Assembly (NCBI RefSeq): GCF_000150275.1 | Contig: NW_002060943.1 | Coordinates: forward strand, 574,531 to 638,530 | Length of the DNA: 64,000 bases | Reading direction: 5' to 3' | DNA from: Trichoplax adhaerens | Lineage: Eukaryota; Animalia; Placozoa | Shown: positions 46,936-62,441 of the stretch, one piece after another | Numbering within the stretch: position 1 is the first letter of the stretch | Layout: every line of letters starts with the position of its first letter | Position numbers and translations under genes: made by a program | The notes under the pieces: model-generated | The model's database searches: none | Told to the model about the DNA's origin: nothing | What the model saw: only the letters and a program-made list of their open reading frames with translations

Positions 46936-49900
46936 ACTTATTGATATTACATCCATTAGTGCTATATTGCCTGAAGGAGACTACTATGTTCGAACAAGAA
47001 AAGCTCCATTTTTTTAAAACTAAGGCTGATAACAATACATATTTATAAATTACAGGAATTATTGGAAATACACCTTGAATACTTAGGTGTCTTACAAGTA
47101 ATTAAAGATTAAATTAAACCAAATCATGTCAGCGATTAAGAAAACACACAGGTAAGAGAAAAAAATCGACGTTGTTCTTCAAAAATCAATCTATTTAAAG
47201 TAGCTCATGATATGTTTCTAGGTAATATATGGTGACTAATTATTTGACCCCGTTAATCCACTCTCAATTCATTTATGGATCTTAAGGTGACCCTTGATAT
47301 CCATTCAAAAGTCTTTAATTGTAATAAGATTAAAGGTAGATAAAATACCAAATCCATTGATAATATTATGTTTAGCCATATCAAAGGTCAGTTATCTATT
47401 CTTTATCTTGCTTAGACTATGTCTTCTACAACAACTTCCAAGCAAGAGGTCATCAACAATGTCAATCAATTGATGGTGATTACTGATGCATTAGAGTGTG
47501 AATAATTTAAGTCAAAAGAATAGATTGACTAGAAAGTAATTTTTAGTTGTAATTCAATGGAGCATGGAATATCAGAATAAGTGCTATACATGTATAAATA
47601 ATGTCTATAAATAAAAATAATACTAAAGATCGAATAGAGCCAACTAGGATGTTATATTGATGTAGTCATGTCGTACGGTATCGATTACTCTTACTGCAAT
47701 CGAGTAAAGTGATCTCATGAAAGATTAATTCATTATCAAATCGATAAATAGTTTAATTTATAGTTATGGTATAGAGCCGATTTCATTTTCTACCAGCAAT
47801 TATCACAAATTAATTTTATAGATAGCTGTTGGCTTAAATTAACAAATGTTCATTCACGCTTTGTTTTAGAAATAGGATGAGAGATGGTCTTTACATCTTA
47901 CTTATGATAAGACATCAATATGTAAAGTGATACGTTATCATCTAATCTATTATAGGCTAGTAATCAAAATAAATTTGATAGTTTTACAACCTATTTTTCT
48001 AGTATAGACACGTACGGTAGCTGGGTCAATGATGGACTTATAGAAGAGGGAAATGTTTATTAATTCGAAAGCTAAAGTCAGCCTTACCACGATCAATTCA
48101 CCATTTTGAAAGGTAATGACTGAATAAAATTTTTACTACTTTTTCTTATAGCAATAAAAAATACTGCTGTAGTCCTGTACTCGATAGTTTAATCGATACC
48201 GCTGATGGTAGTAGATAAAAAGTGAGATTAACATTGAGAACTCTTGGAATTGAAAACGTCTTCAATTAATAGTTGAGATCATTTAATCAACAATGGTGTT
48301 TAAAGGCACTCGATTTCTTTAATTCTCCATACTCTAATTTTAATAAGCAAGCTTAAATCTACGTGCTTGTAACTGTTATTTTTTCTTAAAATGATTTGAG
48401 TCAATCACAAGGAATCTTTTCTTCTCTGATAATAATGTTGATTAGGCGGTCTTTGAGTTTTTTTGATAAAAAAGTTACAAGTGTTGAAGCTAAAAGTTGG
48501 AGAGGTAGAGGAAATCCAAGCTCTTTACAAATGGACTTTGTTTATTTTAACTGAGAAAAGAAAACTTAATAGTATTTTAATACGACATTGACAGAATAGC
48601 GATTCTATACATGCTTTCAGAATGGACGATCACTCATATTCTTCAGTCCTATACGAATTAGGCAAACTATTTTATATTCAATTTCCATTTACTACCGTAG
48701 TCCTGATAATTGTTTTATGAAAGCTACAGTATAATGAATATCCATAGACTGTAATTGTTAAGTGTAGATGCATCTAAATAACTTGCAAGTCTCATTCGAT
48801 AGAAATTGAATACTGTAGTAGGATTAACTATTGATGTACTGGATTATGTCTTAAAATTTGGATGCCGATTAACTTTAGATATACACCTGATAGATGGTGA
48901 ATACCTTTCAAAGATGTGTAAATTTCAATTTACAAAATGATGACCGACATGCATTTGCTATAGATGAGCAAGGTTAACTGTGTTCATATGCTGCAAAATA
49001 GATGATTAATTCCACGATAGAGTAGGACTTATAGTTACTGACTTGATAAAATTAATCTGTGACAAAAATAAGAATAATTTCTTGCATCAACTTGTAAATA
49101 TATTGAACCAAGATTAAAACCCTAGTAAATCAAGACGCTGATATTAGGTTCGATAATCATCAACATTAAAATTACCGACAGATTAAGCAGAGCCACTATG
49201 CAACTAATAATATAATGTGATACCCTTCCGATATACGAGTTGAATAGCGAATGGCTTTGTCTATCGCATATTCATTTGTCAACGTGACTATGTCCCTTAA
49301 GCAATGAATATTATAGAGACTATCTTACTTTTCTCAATGCAATATTAATTTATGTTATCCATCGATGAAAATCGATAAAACATGGTAAATTTAAGAATCA
49401 ATTAACAACGATTATAAGATGGATTATAAGATCTAGTTTCCGATTACTTTCAAAGTCATTGTACTTCCTTTTTCCTACGAGTTCATTTATGTTATGATAA
49501 TACCAATACCTTAAGTAGGTAAGTTATACTACGATATATCGGATAAACATAGTAATTTTTGTCTACTAGCTATGTAAGCCATCGATTTGAATTAATGTTA
49601 AAATGAATAAATTGAATCGTCACTGCTATGCAGGCATGAGCTGTCAAATATAATTTTACGCTACAAAAAATAGATATGAAATCTTTTCGAAAAAAGTTTA
49701 CGACTCCTTTTTCCAAACTGTAGAAGGCAATGACGCTGCCCTAAGTAAGGTAATTTCATCGTTCAATTTTGTTTTACTAGCCGAGCTGGCTATTGAAATA
49801 TTGGATGCCAAATAGCCTGGAAGCGATACCAGGATAGGGTATAATATTGGGACTAACCTGTATGGCTGCTTGATGTAGCTAAAGGAGTCGATGGATCGGT

Positions 49901-52900
49901 TTCCATGGTGGTAGTAATTGGAGTAGATTGTAGCAATTCTGCTTGGTGAAACGCAATCATGTAAGCTTTTGATGACGATGATGTTTGTAACTAGTTTAAT
50001 CAATCGTTGGAGGTTTATCAACTCTTTGCTGAACAATAAAGTTGTATTTATAGCAGAGTTGAGGACAAAAGATTGGAGAAAAAATGTATTTTTATTCAAT
50101 GTATTGTTGATGCAGCTACCTCCTCCGCCTCTTTAAACCCATTTAATTATTTGTTTTTTTCAAGCCTAGTTGCTATTGCTATTTAAATTCAATTGGAATT
50201 GCCTTACCTTCTGATTGATGAGTTGTATTATTGATCAGTTATTGTAATTCAAGACGATCATCGTTGACGTGTGGGGGAATCTTCAAAGGTTATTCAACCA
50301 ACTGATATTGCGTACAATTATTTCGAGATTTTGTTAAGACTATGAATAAGATTTGAATTTGATAATATAAAAAAAAACGGCGGTGGTTAAAATTATCCTT
50401 TTATTGTCTGCTAGGGCTAACTACTGTCGGTTTTGCTATCTATTTATCATAAATCAGCTACTTTATAAAGTATCAACAATAGCTAAGCTATTGATGTCAT
50501 CAAAACAGAATGGTTTTAAATGTTAGTCCATTTTTGTATAGAAGATGAGATCGATCTATCTTTAATTTCTGTTTATGGTCACCAAAAAAAATTTTTTAAT
50601 AATTGAAAATATTGATGGATAATGAATTCCAAACTTGGAACTAAAGTATGCTTTCATTATTGGCAACATTGCAACGGTCTGATAAAGGGATTTAATTTTT
50701 ATTTTATAAGATAGCTAAATTTCATCTTAAATAAACAAGACAAGAATAAGTCAATAAAAATGATTTTAATTTATCCTATTGAATACGGTATAGATTGATC
50801 TTGATTTTACTTGACATGAATATTATTAATTGAATGGCAATAGAGTGCAAACAGAATTAAATAATAATACTTTAAGGGTAGAAAAAGGAGGGGGAAGAGA
50901 AAAGATAGATAAATTAACGTTTTGTAACTATTTCGTATTGCCACAACTGTAGAATCATTAAAGATATATGTTTATACCCGTATATCGAATATCACTCAAT
51001 TGCCTTATGGATGATTTAATACACAGCTTAAATAGTTAATAAAATAAATTCAACATTAATTACAATTGTTGATTGAGATCAAATCATATCCAATGGATTG
51101 GTCACGGTTTCTAAATATATATTTCTAAAATCTAAAATTAGTTTGCTAATTTCCACGAATATTGATCAACGTTATCTCTACCTAAGCTTATTCTGAAAGT
51201 TGTTCACACTACTAAGGTGATGGTTATCAAACAATCAGCATTAACTTCTATATAAGCTATTTCTCATTTTCCGTTTCTTTCTGTTGACTAATACCATGTT
51301 TGTTTTCATCTATTCTAATGTAGCACCCATGACAACCAACCATTGAACTCAATTTGTATAATAGATAAGACATCCATTATTGACGCAAATCTGCATCTAA
51401 ATGATTGAAACAATCAGATCTTGATTATCATCATTTATTGACAATCGCATTTTTGTAATCTAGCGTGATATCAACTTGTTATGATCTTGCCTATTCGATC
51501 ATCGTCAATATGTTGACGATGATCCAATATTTTATCCGATTTTAAATAGATATCAACATAAATATAGTCTTCCTTCCTTCTTTATATCCAAATTTATCTC
51601 TGTGATTATCTATTATGTAGGTAACTTTAAATAAAAAATTGGATAAAAATAGTTCCATTTACGATATCTGCAATTTATCATCATTTTCAATTCTTTCATA
51701 TTTAAAATCACCATAAAACGATTGTGGTGGTTGAATTAGAATTTCATAGAATCCGGTCAATCTATCTCACTTAGCTCTGTAGTGAGCGTTGTCAATAACA
51801 GATTGTACTAAATCCTCCATGCTGTATATTTAAAAAAACAACGAATAGATTGCAACTTTGTTTATCGGTAGAGTGCTTAGATCAAGAAATCACTGCAAGA
51901 ATCAAAACTGATTCATGAAACGTATAATTTCGTTTTAAATAATTTGACATAATGATCATTCTCCACAATAAATTAGAGTTACTACATTAGAAAATATGAT
52001 TCAAGTCATTAATTGAGACGATTAATCTTAATAAAGATAAGAAAGGATAGGAATGATTTATATTATTAGAAGCCCATTCAACCAAGCACTAATGTAAAAT
52101 CGTCATTCTCTTCTCGCATCAGGGAAACCTTGCAAGCGAAAATAAGAGAAATTTAGTGATAAAGATGCTTCGCTTGAAAAATCATAACTAAGGTCTAAAG
52201 TTAATAATCAATATCAATGATATATCTCGTTACTACTTTAATTTAATCATTTATTAGAGATCTACTGGTGAGTGAATTTATATCTATAACAGTACTAGAT
52301 TTACCGTAGTTGCGCACTTCGTAAATTTAAAGAAGAACTGTGTAATAGAATCATAACATGATCATTATTCATCCTCGAAACTGAGAATTTATTAAATCAA
52401 CTTATTTAGTCCTATAAAATGCCATAATTCATGGAGAATATAATGTAAAATAAATAGTCCATGATATTAAATTATAATAATTGTGATATACATATTCTTT
52501 TTTGATATTTCTTGTGATTGAATTATAATTAGTACCAAATTCACTAATTTACAGCAACTACCGTTAATTCATATGAAAAAATAATTACAGCACAATCTTT
52601 GCTTTGTTGCGATCCCATTATTTGAGGTAGCTCTCTTAAGTGTACTTACTATTTACGAATTCGGTTCTCAATTATGGCAATACTTTATTTTCAACATCAA
52701 ACGTAACTACGCCTTAGTAGTAAATAACCGGTAGCTGTTGAATTATTTATTAGCAACTGCAGTATTTCAGTTTTCAGTGGATAGTAAATAGAGGATTGAC
52801 TGTTACTAATGTAGCATTAAAAAGCGAAATTAAAATCAAACAAACAATATGAATTATAGAAGTATATGAATTGCAGAATTTTACCATAAATTGAATTGAC

Positions 52901-55900
52901 GTCAATTATACTAATAGATATCTCATCTATAATTCTGGATGCACATTCGAGTAAATAGGAAATTGAAAATATGATTCAATTGGTATGTTTCATATAAATA
53001 GTAAATAGTAAATAGCATTGAATCTGCTAAAGAATTTTTGTTGTATGATTCAGTAAGGGGAAGAAAGAATCTACTATATAATTTAATTAGGAATATTCCT
53101 AAATTATTTATACTATGCTGAAGAATGACGATCAAATTTCTTTTGGATCATCGTATAGCCTTTTATTTACCTGACAAATACTTTCTAGCAATGAATAAAA
53201 TTGTTAACTTAAGATCTCTTCAGAAAGCTAGAATCATCGAAGGGGCAAAATATCTTAATACTCGGTTAAGAAATTATCACATAATTTATAAATCAAGTCT
53301 GCGATAACCTTGGCGTTGTACGCATAAGTTGTAAGGCATGGGAAGCCACCAATAAACCAAACGGTATTAATATTCTTCATTGGCAATGTTTTAAGGATAT
53401 GGAAACAGCTTATATATTCATTAATTGTTTTGATATCTCTAGAAATTTTAAGTCGAAGGAGATATTTATTTAATAATAGAACATAACTTAAAAAACTTGA
53501 GTAGATAAAAAGGTATCAAGCGATATTGAAGCAGTAATATAATATAAAAAATTTTTATATTTAGTGATAATACGACATAATTATCATGGTTAGGGCTTTA
53601 ATTTCAAGCTTTATTTTAGATTATTTTGAAATTTTTTTCATATTGACTGCATTTAGATTAAATGTCTTTATAAAAAGAGTTCTACTTACATATCTATATG
53701 TCTTAAACATCGGCTAACAAGCGTAAGTGATTATTTAATATTCATGACATATTCATATGACGCTAAAAAAGGGATCATCCGTGTCAGAGATTAAAAATTT
53801 TAGAGACGAAAGTCACAAAGATCAATAATTCCATTAAATCTTTTACAATAGAAATCTCAGTTTTTGTCATAAATTAATCAAGATGGGCAATATCATGGTG
53901 AGAAAAAGTGTAAGCAATGGCTTAATGTAGGCGTGATAATCACAATAGTTGATGTAATAGTTATGTGAAATGTTTATCGTAGTTGGGTGTTATTCCTTTT
54001 CTGAAATATCTATTAATTCGAAAATTCGTTTCTTAAAGTTGTAGAAATTATCGTTAATGTGGTTTGTGTTTACTTAGTCTATAGTTTGACTACTGAAGAT
54101 CTCAAAGAATGATTAATGTAAGAAAGTTCTAATTTTATTTCTATCCCTACATATATTAAAATGTCAATTTAAACTATAATAATCTTTATTTGTAATGATC
54201 ATAAATAGTTATTAACGATCATCGTAATTATTGTAATTAAATAAAAATTTTTCCCTTCAATTTTCATCTTCATATTTATAACATTTACATTACTGTCTTT
54301 AAAACCACATATACGAATTGCTGACAAAATAATTTTGAAAACAAAATTTAGTATCCTAATTATTTATTTTAATTGCATAAAACCAGTTTTGAAGTACTGA
54401 AATTTAGAGTTCATTCATCTATCCATCAAGATAGTAAATACCAAAGCTTTCCTATAATTTTAATATTATAAGATTTTCAATGTGAGCATTCTTTCAAGAG
54501 TTTAACTTGAGATCTTACAATTTCTCTAAGACTATAGAGACTAATGGAGGAATTTTCTATTACCACTAGGGCTAAAACTCATATCTTTTATGCAAAGAAA
54601 TATACAATTTCAAATAATAATATTTTACTCAGAGTAGACTGGGCAATAAGAAAGAACTGATTCCTCTACGTCGTTTGCTTGTAGGTGGCAATCCAAGGTA
54701 TGGAAGCCCACTACGCTTATGCACGATATCAGCAATCAACATTATACTTTAAATGATAGCCTCTCAATGTTTCACTGAAGATATAATTCCAAATCTAGCT
54801 CTGTACGACTATTTTTACTGTAATACAATCTTCTTGGATGTCATAACTTGATGCATACCGTAGATACTTCTAATATATAATTGTCGTATATCTAAATTTC
54901 TAAACAATAGGTTACTGTCAGCTAAGCTTCATTTCTGTAAAAATCGAAGCTATGCCGGCTATTACTTTATCGAAATGGAGAACTTTCCACGAATTGCTTA
55001 TATCTAGAGTGATCATTTAAAATATTTTACAGATGAAATTTGTCGAGATTTGATTGATTTGATATTTAATCAATACTTGCATGCATATTTTAGGTGATAT
55101 CACGGACATTCGTAGCTAACATTATATAAAGTGAGAATAAGTGTGCAATGATGGTGTTTTATCTAGTTCAAATCTGATGCAGTTTTAAGCACTTTGTAAT
55201 TGTAGAGAAAGTAGATATTAAATTAAAATACTATAAATGATGCTACATGGTACTCCTTTGTAGACTAATAGAAAAATACAATGGAATACCATATCGAACC
55301 ACTTTATGCCGTAGTAGGAGGTATTTAGATTATTCTCTTGCCCGCCTCGTCGAATATTATGCCGAATCTAGACATGATGCCGAAGACAATCGATTTGATG
55401 CTATCAGTCCATCGCTTGATCATATTGATCCAACTAAATATTTATTCTTGTCTGATATAGGCATTATCCCATTACTTTCAATTCCTCTCCGTATCAAATC
55501 TTTGTTTAATTTTATGTTTTGCCTAGTAACATATTAACCTTTGCATTGAGTTCAATTTTATGATTGCTATCACTACAATGAAGTAATCAACCTATTCTAA
55601 GTATTGTTAATGAATGAATCATATTGGTAATATCTAATTTTACACTATGAATTTAATACATTCAGTCGCATTTTATATTAGTATAGATAAATATTTTTTG
55701 GGTTATAAAAAATATTTTTATTAATGATATTTCTTCTTCCTATGCCTTGATACGCTTATCTAATGATTTGCTAGGAATATTACAGTGCTTATGTGGTATT
55801 TCCTCTTCAACATTGTTGTTATATTATCTTGTAGTTGTTATAATTACTGTAATCTATAAAAGTTTGCTCTATCTCGAATTTCTTAGAGAAATTATCGTCT

Positions 55901-58649
55901 ATTAGACATGCTTCGATGGTGCCTAACGTGATGTCTGACATCTATAATAAATTTGATTTTATACTTGAAACGGATCAATTGCTTTATTGTTTGAAGAGAT
56001 TTTACAGTGAGACTGGATGGCGAACACTACAATAAGGAGTGATAAGCTTGGCAATATTAAGCTAATCTAAATTTGGCTGGAGGTAATGGCTGTACTAGAT
56101 GTCGCATATTATAATGTCTACGGCTTTATTCTCAAATGAATATCTTTATGATGATTACAATCAAACTAAAGAAATATCATGGCTCCTAACCGGCGCCAGT
56201 GAATCTATTTGTCTAAATTGTGCCCTAATTATCGGCCCACAACTAGTCTAATTGACAGTCTTAAACAGATATCCATGCAGTCAACGCCTTTAGTTAATAC
56301 AATAGTAGATTAAACTGTTATGGTAGTTGATATTAAAAGCTAATTTGAAGTAGGAAACGAACCCAATTTCGTTATGTGCAGTATTTTAATTAAATTTATT
56401 AATAGGTATTAATTTTATAAAATTTTGGATTGTAATTTGGTCTAGCCTTTTGAACATGATTGATTAATCATTTTCTATTATTTATGGCTATCTGTAAATT
56501 TTCAATTATCATATCTAATTTTTACTTTATGACCTATAGGCTTTAGTTAAATATATTATAGAACTAAACTATAAAGAATTATACCAAAAGAAATGCAAAG
56601 TGAATAAAAATATCAAATGCTGCCCACTGTATGTCTATTTTCAATATCGACATCATGAATGATACACGTAGACTGTATCATTGGAATTAGCTTAAATCAC
56701 CTTACAGGCCATTGTTAAATCCATTATAACATCATAGTCACTACTGTAGGTGCTCTTGTCATGTCCTAGCAAGGTCTAACTTTCCATGTAATCGTAGAGT
56801 TCAAATAAATAGTATTTTAATGTTTGATACATAATTGCCGATGAAATTTGATATTGTCATTGTTGTCTACAATATTCTATCAGGTACAACATCCTATTTC
56901 CTGATCATCGAATATTTATTGTCCATGAGCTACTTTTAATTGTTAAAAGACGATTTAAGCCACTTAATTCTGCTAGTAGGGGAATCGTCGACGAGGGGAT
57001 GATGTCTAGTCCTCAATGAAAGAGGATGAATCATCCATTTCTTTCAGTTCATTTGATTTGTTAAATAGATGTAAAACTTAATTATAGCAGTCGTTATTTA
57101 ATTTTGCTGGAATTGATCACGATTTCTTTTTTATCATGTATCATGTATTTATGTTTTGAAGTTGGTTAATGTTATTGCCAGTTGTCATAGAGCAAGTCCT
57201 GAAATGGATGAAATCAATCAACATTGGTGCATTTTTGACGAATTACTTGCGCTTCTAATAGCGTCGTATCACGTCATCCTTCTACTCTATTTCGAATCTT
57301 TTCTTTTTCTTGTTATGTCTATACTTTATTATTATTATGACATTGTACGTTCCCAATTCTTACACATTAATATAGTATACACTATTTTATTCAACAGTTT
57401 TCAATGAGAACTATAACGTCTATTTAACAACAGTCGAAATGAACTTGTCAAGACCATGTCCTGAAGAAATAGATTTAAATGTCTACGACTTTTGGCGATA
57501 CGTCTACGTCATTATGATAATTATTTTTTTATGACGTATATATAAGAATTATAATGAATACACCAGTTTTCTATAATGCCCTGTAGTCAAAAGCCGCGAG
57601 CCAAAAGGAAATTATTCATATGTTTATAGTAGTTGATATTGCATATTAAGATGATATCAAGCCGATGATAATCATAAAACACCTTTAAAATATGTACAAG
57701 GGAACATCAAGATTGACACCAAAGCAACAATTGTTAACAAGAATAAGAGTTCAACGGTGATGGTCTAATAAATAATAAATTTAAAAGAACGATAGGACAA
57801 AACCTAATTTTAAGACACTAATTATTTTTGTAAACTATCAAAAGATTTGCCGAAAGCAAATATTTTAAGATATATGCTCGTATGCACAAAATTATTAAAA
57901 TGCTGTTTTAGTTAACAGTGCTGATACTCCTGGAAAGAGTTTTACCAACAAAATAAAGGGGTATTTCATTAAATTGAAGCACCGAATATTACAAATATCA
58001 GTGACTAAAGCTTAACAACAATTACAGATATAAATGCATTCTATAATCTATTTCTATGTGTCCATCATTAGGTCTGCTTAGCGAGTCATGTACTTCCTTT
58101 ATAGGCAACGAATGCGACATGCATCATGTATATCAGTATAGGACATAAATCGTGAACAAGCAATGTTTATGATTCTATACTAAGATCATACTATAGACTG
58201 ACTAGGCTAGCTATGGCACTAAGATATTTCGTTAGAACTACAACTGAATTTGTATTATTGTGTTGCATAGACCAATTACACCCAAATAAGAACTTTACCT
58301 GTACATGCACATATTTATACGGGCAAAACTATAGTATGCATCTCCGACATTGACGAACAATAAGGTATACTAATTATGGATACAGTACCATTACACATAA
58401 ATGGTTTAACGATTCAGCAACCAATACAAGAAATCTTTTTTAATAATTACACTTTAAGATATATGAAAAGTTGTTAATAATCTTACCGGTAATTAGAGGT
58501 AGTGATACCATTCTTTCATTCGAAATTGTATCGTGCTATTGCACGGTCGACTTTAACAATTAGTACAGTAATAGGTCATTATAAATTTAGACTGTATACC
58601 ATGAAATACACCATAATTAATAAATGGTTCGGTACAGATTTTTAATTAA

Positions 58650-61043
58650 CTAAGAAGTGTCAAGTTCTATCATCAATTGATCATTATCAGATTCATCGGA
58701 ACTTTGGTCTACTTGTTTCGTAGTATTATTCAAGGGGCTAGAGGTAGCTTGCTGTAGTTCACTATTTTCGACATTGGATTCATTGTGACTCGGTTCACCT
58801 GCTACAGTCTGTTGATCTTCAACCTTAACAGGCTTTTCATTATTTTCTCTCTGATCTTCTTTACTGGGAATGGGCAATTTCTTCTTAACTTCAAAACGTA
58901 TCCAGTTATATCTCGTACACTTTTTAGCTCCAGGACAGTTCTGAATCAGATTCTGTATTACCGGTATCGAAATTCCAAAAAATTCGGGACCGGATAACGG
59001 AATGAAACTAATTTCTTTATCTCTGTAAAATAGATTTCGACAAGACCTTTACTAACATGTAAAATATAAGGTATATCTATAGAACCAGGTTTAGTGCTAA
59101 TAACTTATAATTAATCAAATTGTATACGAGTGTATTAATTCCTTCTAAAGAGATCATTTTAAATTACAGCTCAGGTAAGTATTAATAATATCGTATGCAA
59201 CGTCTGCATTAGCAGATGAATACAATAGGGATATGTTTTGCAGGATTTTACGTAATTTGATATGCATCTAACATTACTTACGGAAACTTCTGAATTTCTT
59301 CAAGAATAACCTTATTCAGTTTTGCTACACACTTGTCAGGAGAAGATGCCTGAAATATAACATCGGCAGCATCTGCCAGGGATATTTCAAACTGATGGAT
59401 AATAAAACATGATATATGTGGTAAGTTTCTCTGCTAACGTTTCAACTCTTGAAATGCAACGCTAACTTACAACAATGAAAATACTTACTTTTGGTTCGGT
59501 ATTGCCCTCGCTAATAGTAGACATATAATTTATATTTTCGGCTGGCGCAGTGGTTGATGGGTAACTTCTAGAGCTACAGTAACCGACAGGATAAATAAAA
59601 CTTTCTGAATGATAGCTATCTTTGTCGTGGACTATTTTACCCAAGCTGTGAACTCTTAGTTCGTTTATAACTATCGGTATGACAGGTTTTCCAGAAGCAT
59701 CAAGCTCTATTGGATCTATAGGAACTTTAACAGTTGATTTCGATTTCTTTGCTTTGGTCTTTGCACCTTTCATTAAAACGTTGTTGATATCTTCCAAAGT
59801 CAGTTTTTTAATTTTTCTCTTGCCTTTCGACTTAGCTGGAGGTATTGGTAAAGTTGATTTACTAATTTCAGTGCCAAGAAATACTCTAGCCATATATGGA
59901 GTGACAAAATCATCGGGTAAATGAGTTGTGGTATTAACGTTAAATGGTAAATTAGCTGCAGACATGCTATCACTCTGATCTAGGCGAGATACAATTAACT
60001 GAAACAATCGTTTAAGTAAATATTTTCTTTCAACCCGCCCTGCAATCAATTTTTCCCGCAAACGATCAATTTCGTCGGCCATGGCAGCATTTTCCTGTCA
60101 CGATAGTGTAATTTTAGTCGTGAGTAAACGTTTATTATTACTAGTATTACATTTTGTTTCTTACAGCCACATTATCAACTAATTTTAACGATACTGAAGC
60201 TATACAGCCATAATGGCGTAGTTAATTTGCTGTTGCTGTACAAAAATTGAATTATTAGTGTCCCATTTCGCCCATTGTCACTGTAACATAAAGTAAGATT
60301 AGCATCTAGGATTGTAGACAAGTCTCGATCACTATAGTCAGTCGATGTTAATTATTTAGTAAACTACTATGGCTTCATTAGATACTAAGATCAGCCGTTA
60401 TAGGGGTTAAGATAAATAGATCTACAGAAGGCCACGATTTTGCTTCAGTAGCCACTTACAGTATACATAAAGAGTGGTGCGATTAAGAATATCTTTGAAG
60501 CTAAAATATCCTCAGATTATTTACTCGGGGTAATTTTTGCAATAAATGTATTTGACTATGACTAAATTGTTGCATAAATGTAATTGATGCAATAGGTTAC
60601 GGTTTTTAAGTAATAGCATGTAGGCAAATCGAGCTAACAAGACTTTGTATTCCAACTGAGTAGAAGAGCATAATATTGTAATAGACACGTTCTCTATAGT
60701 ATCTATAGAAGATTGCATATTACTACCTCCTAGTAATTAATAATATTGGTTTACAGAGTTGGTATTTTTAGTTGTCTACACCTGAACCAAGCTATAGCAA
60801 CAATAATATGAGCTCATACAGTGGTATCACAGCACGTCTTGTCAATGAAAAAAATTCAGTTAATCAAATAGTACACGCGATAATCATAAATATTGAATTA
60901 TTACTGTATTTTTGTTAGGATATGTTTTTTATTCTTACATGTAAAATCTCTTTGATTCGTCTAGAAAATCCACGAAATTTTCTGTTATAAAATTCATCTC
61001 CTCTACTGGCGGATGATTTTTTCTTCTTTTTTTGCTTGCGATT
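58650..61043 (-). CDS. TBRG1: TGF-beta regulator 1 / NIAM-like protein (FYRN + FYRC); 5' exon(s) unresolved
   Basis: Exons 60939-61043, 59489-60094, 59282-59391, 58650-59022 with consistent phases. N-terminal coiled coil ...ILHENAAMADEIDRLREKL...ERKYLLKRL; FYRN LRVHSLGKIVHDKDSYHSESFIYPVGYCSSRSY; FYRC LSGPEFFGISIPVIQNLIQNCPGAKKCTRYNW. Confidence 0.9.
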
Positions 61044-62391
61044 CTGTTAAATAGTAATGTCAATAAGTTTGAAGTTTGAATAAGCAATAGTTATGGGGAT
61101 TTTTGATGTCAGCGTTTTAGTTGTCTACAGACACTAAATATTTTAATTTCTTTCAATTGTATGCGTTTTAGTTCTACAGCAGAGCAAGTTATTTATAAAA
61201 GATCGAGATATAATATTATACAAAAAAATTAAAGATGGCCTGATTATAGCATTGATGTGTATCCGGGTCTAATTTTGAGTAGTATAGTGTCAACTATGCT
61301 ACTGACACAAAATTAATTTGGTTCGCTGCAATTTTCAACAAATTACGGTAAGGATAGACAGCAGTTAAATCATTCAGTAGATAGTTGAAATAGCTAAGGA
61401 AATGTATGTTCGTAGATTGCCACTTTGCCAGCAACTAACTACAGAATAACTCTTGCGTCCACTTGTAAAATAGAATGAAGTTCTGCAGAAATGCAGATTA
61501 TATAATGGAGTTTGTAGGTGATTGAATACGGGCTTCTACTTTTATTCTTGAGTAGAGCAACGTAGCTTTATTGCGTAGGGTAAGTGATGAACTTGCGTCA
61601 GTGCAATTTGTACTTGCATGATTGGATTTTATCTTCAATGTGGATAACTGTAATATTGTGCTGGATAACAAATTCATCATTACGGTTTGTTGTGGTCAAT
61701 GATGTTACGTGGAAGTCCTATACAATAGTGTAGGTAAGCATCTATATAAGTGCAATTTTTACTTGTATGATAGGGATTTACGTTCAGTGTGGATAAACTA
61801 TAGCATCGTGATGTCCATCCGATTCGTTAGTATGATTTACTGTAATCGATGCTGCGGTATCGTAGTTATTTGCAGTAGTACAAGTTATGGGTTGTGTCAA
61901 CTAATATTTGCATGATGATGGTGAATAAGTATGACTTTATAATGTATCTATCCAATTAGTTTTTATGGTTTATTGTAGTCTATGCTGCTATGTCAGCAGA
62001 TCCCCTGAAGAGGTGATTGAGCGTAGAAAACTGTGTAAAGGAGAATTTCATCATTTCATGAACGTCCATCGATCGACGTAATCTGCTGGAGGCTGAAGAG
62101 TTTCAACGATTAGCCCATGTAGTCATCAATAATTTTGATACCTTACTCATGATTTGATTTGAATAAAACAATAATGTGAAGTAGGAATGAAGGTTGAGGA
62201 TTTACTAGAAGATCAATATTAAAATATTGCAGTCTTGCAACGTGTATTCTATTCAAGTAGCCAATATCAAAACCATCGCCATTGGGCCCCGGTTCTATCA
62301 GTTCATCAACACCATGATCTCTTTGATAATACTAGCATAAAAGTTGAGCACCATGACATTAAGAATATAACATGCATTTCTTACCTTTTTT

Positions 62392-62441
62392 NNNNNNNNN
62401 NNNNNNNNNNNNNNNNNNNNNNNNNNNNNNNNNNNNNNNNN
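62392..62441. other. Assembly gap (50 N)
   Basis: Run of 50 n characters. Confidence 1.

Noticed and set aside
49698-57407. ORFs 49698-50099, 55247-55537 and 57156-57407
   Set aside because: No recognisable homology and no consistent chain of splice sites.
61440-62230. Candidate upstream TBRG1 exons
   Set aside because: Could not build a stop-free, phase-consistent link to exon 60939-61043; the 5' end may be affected by the adjacent gap.
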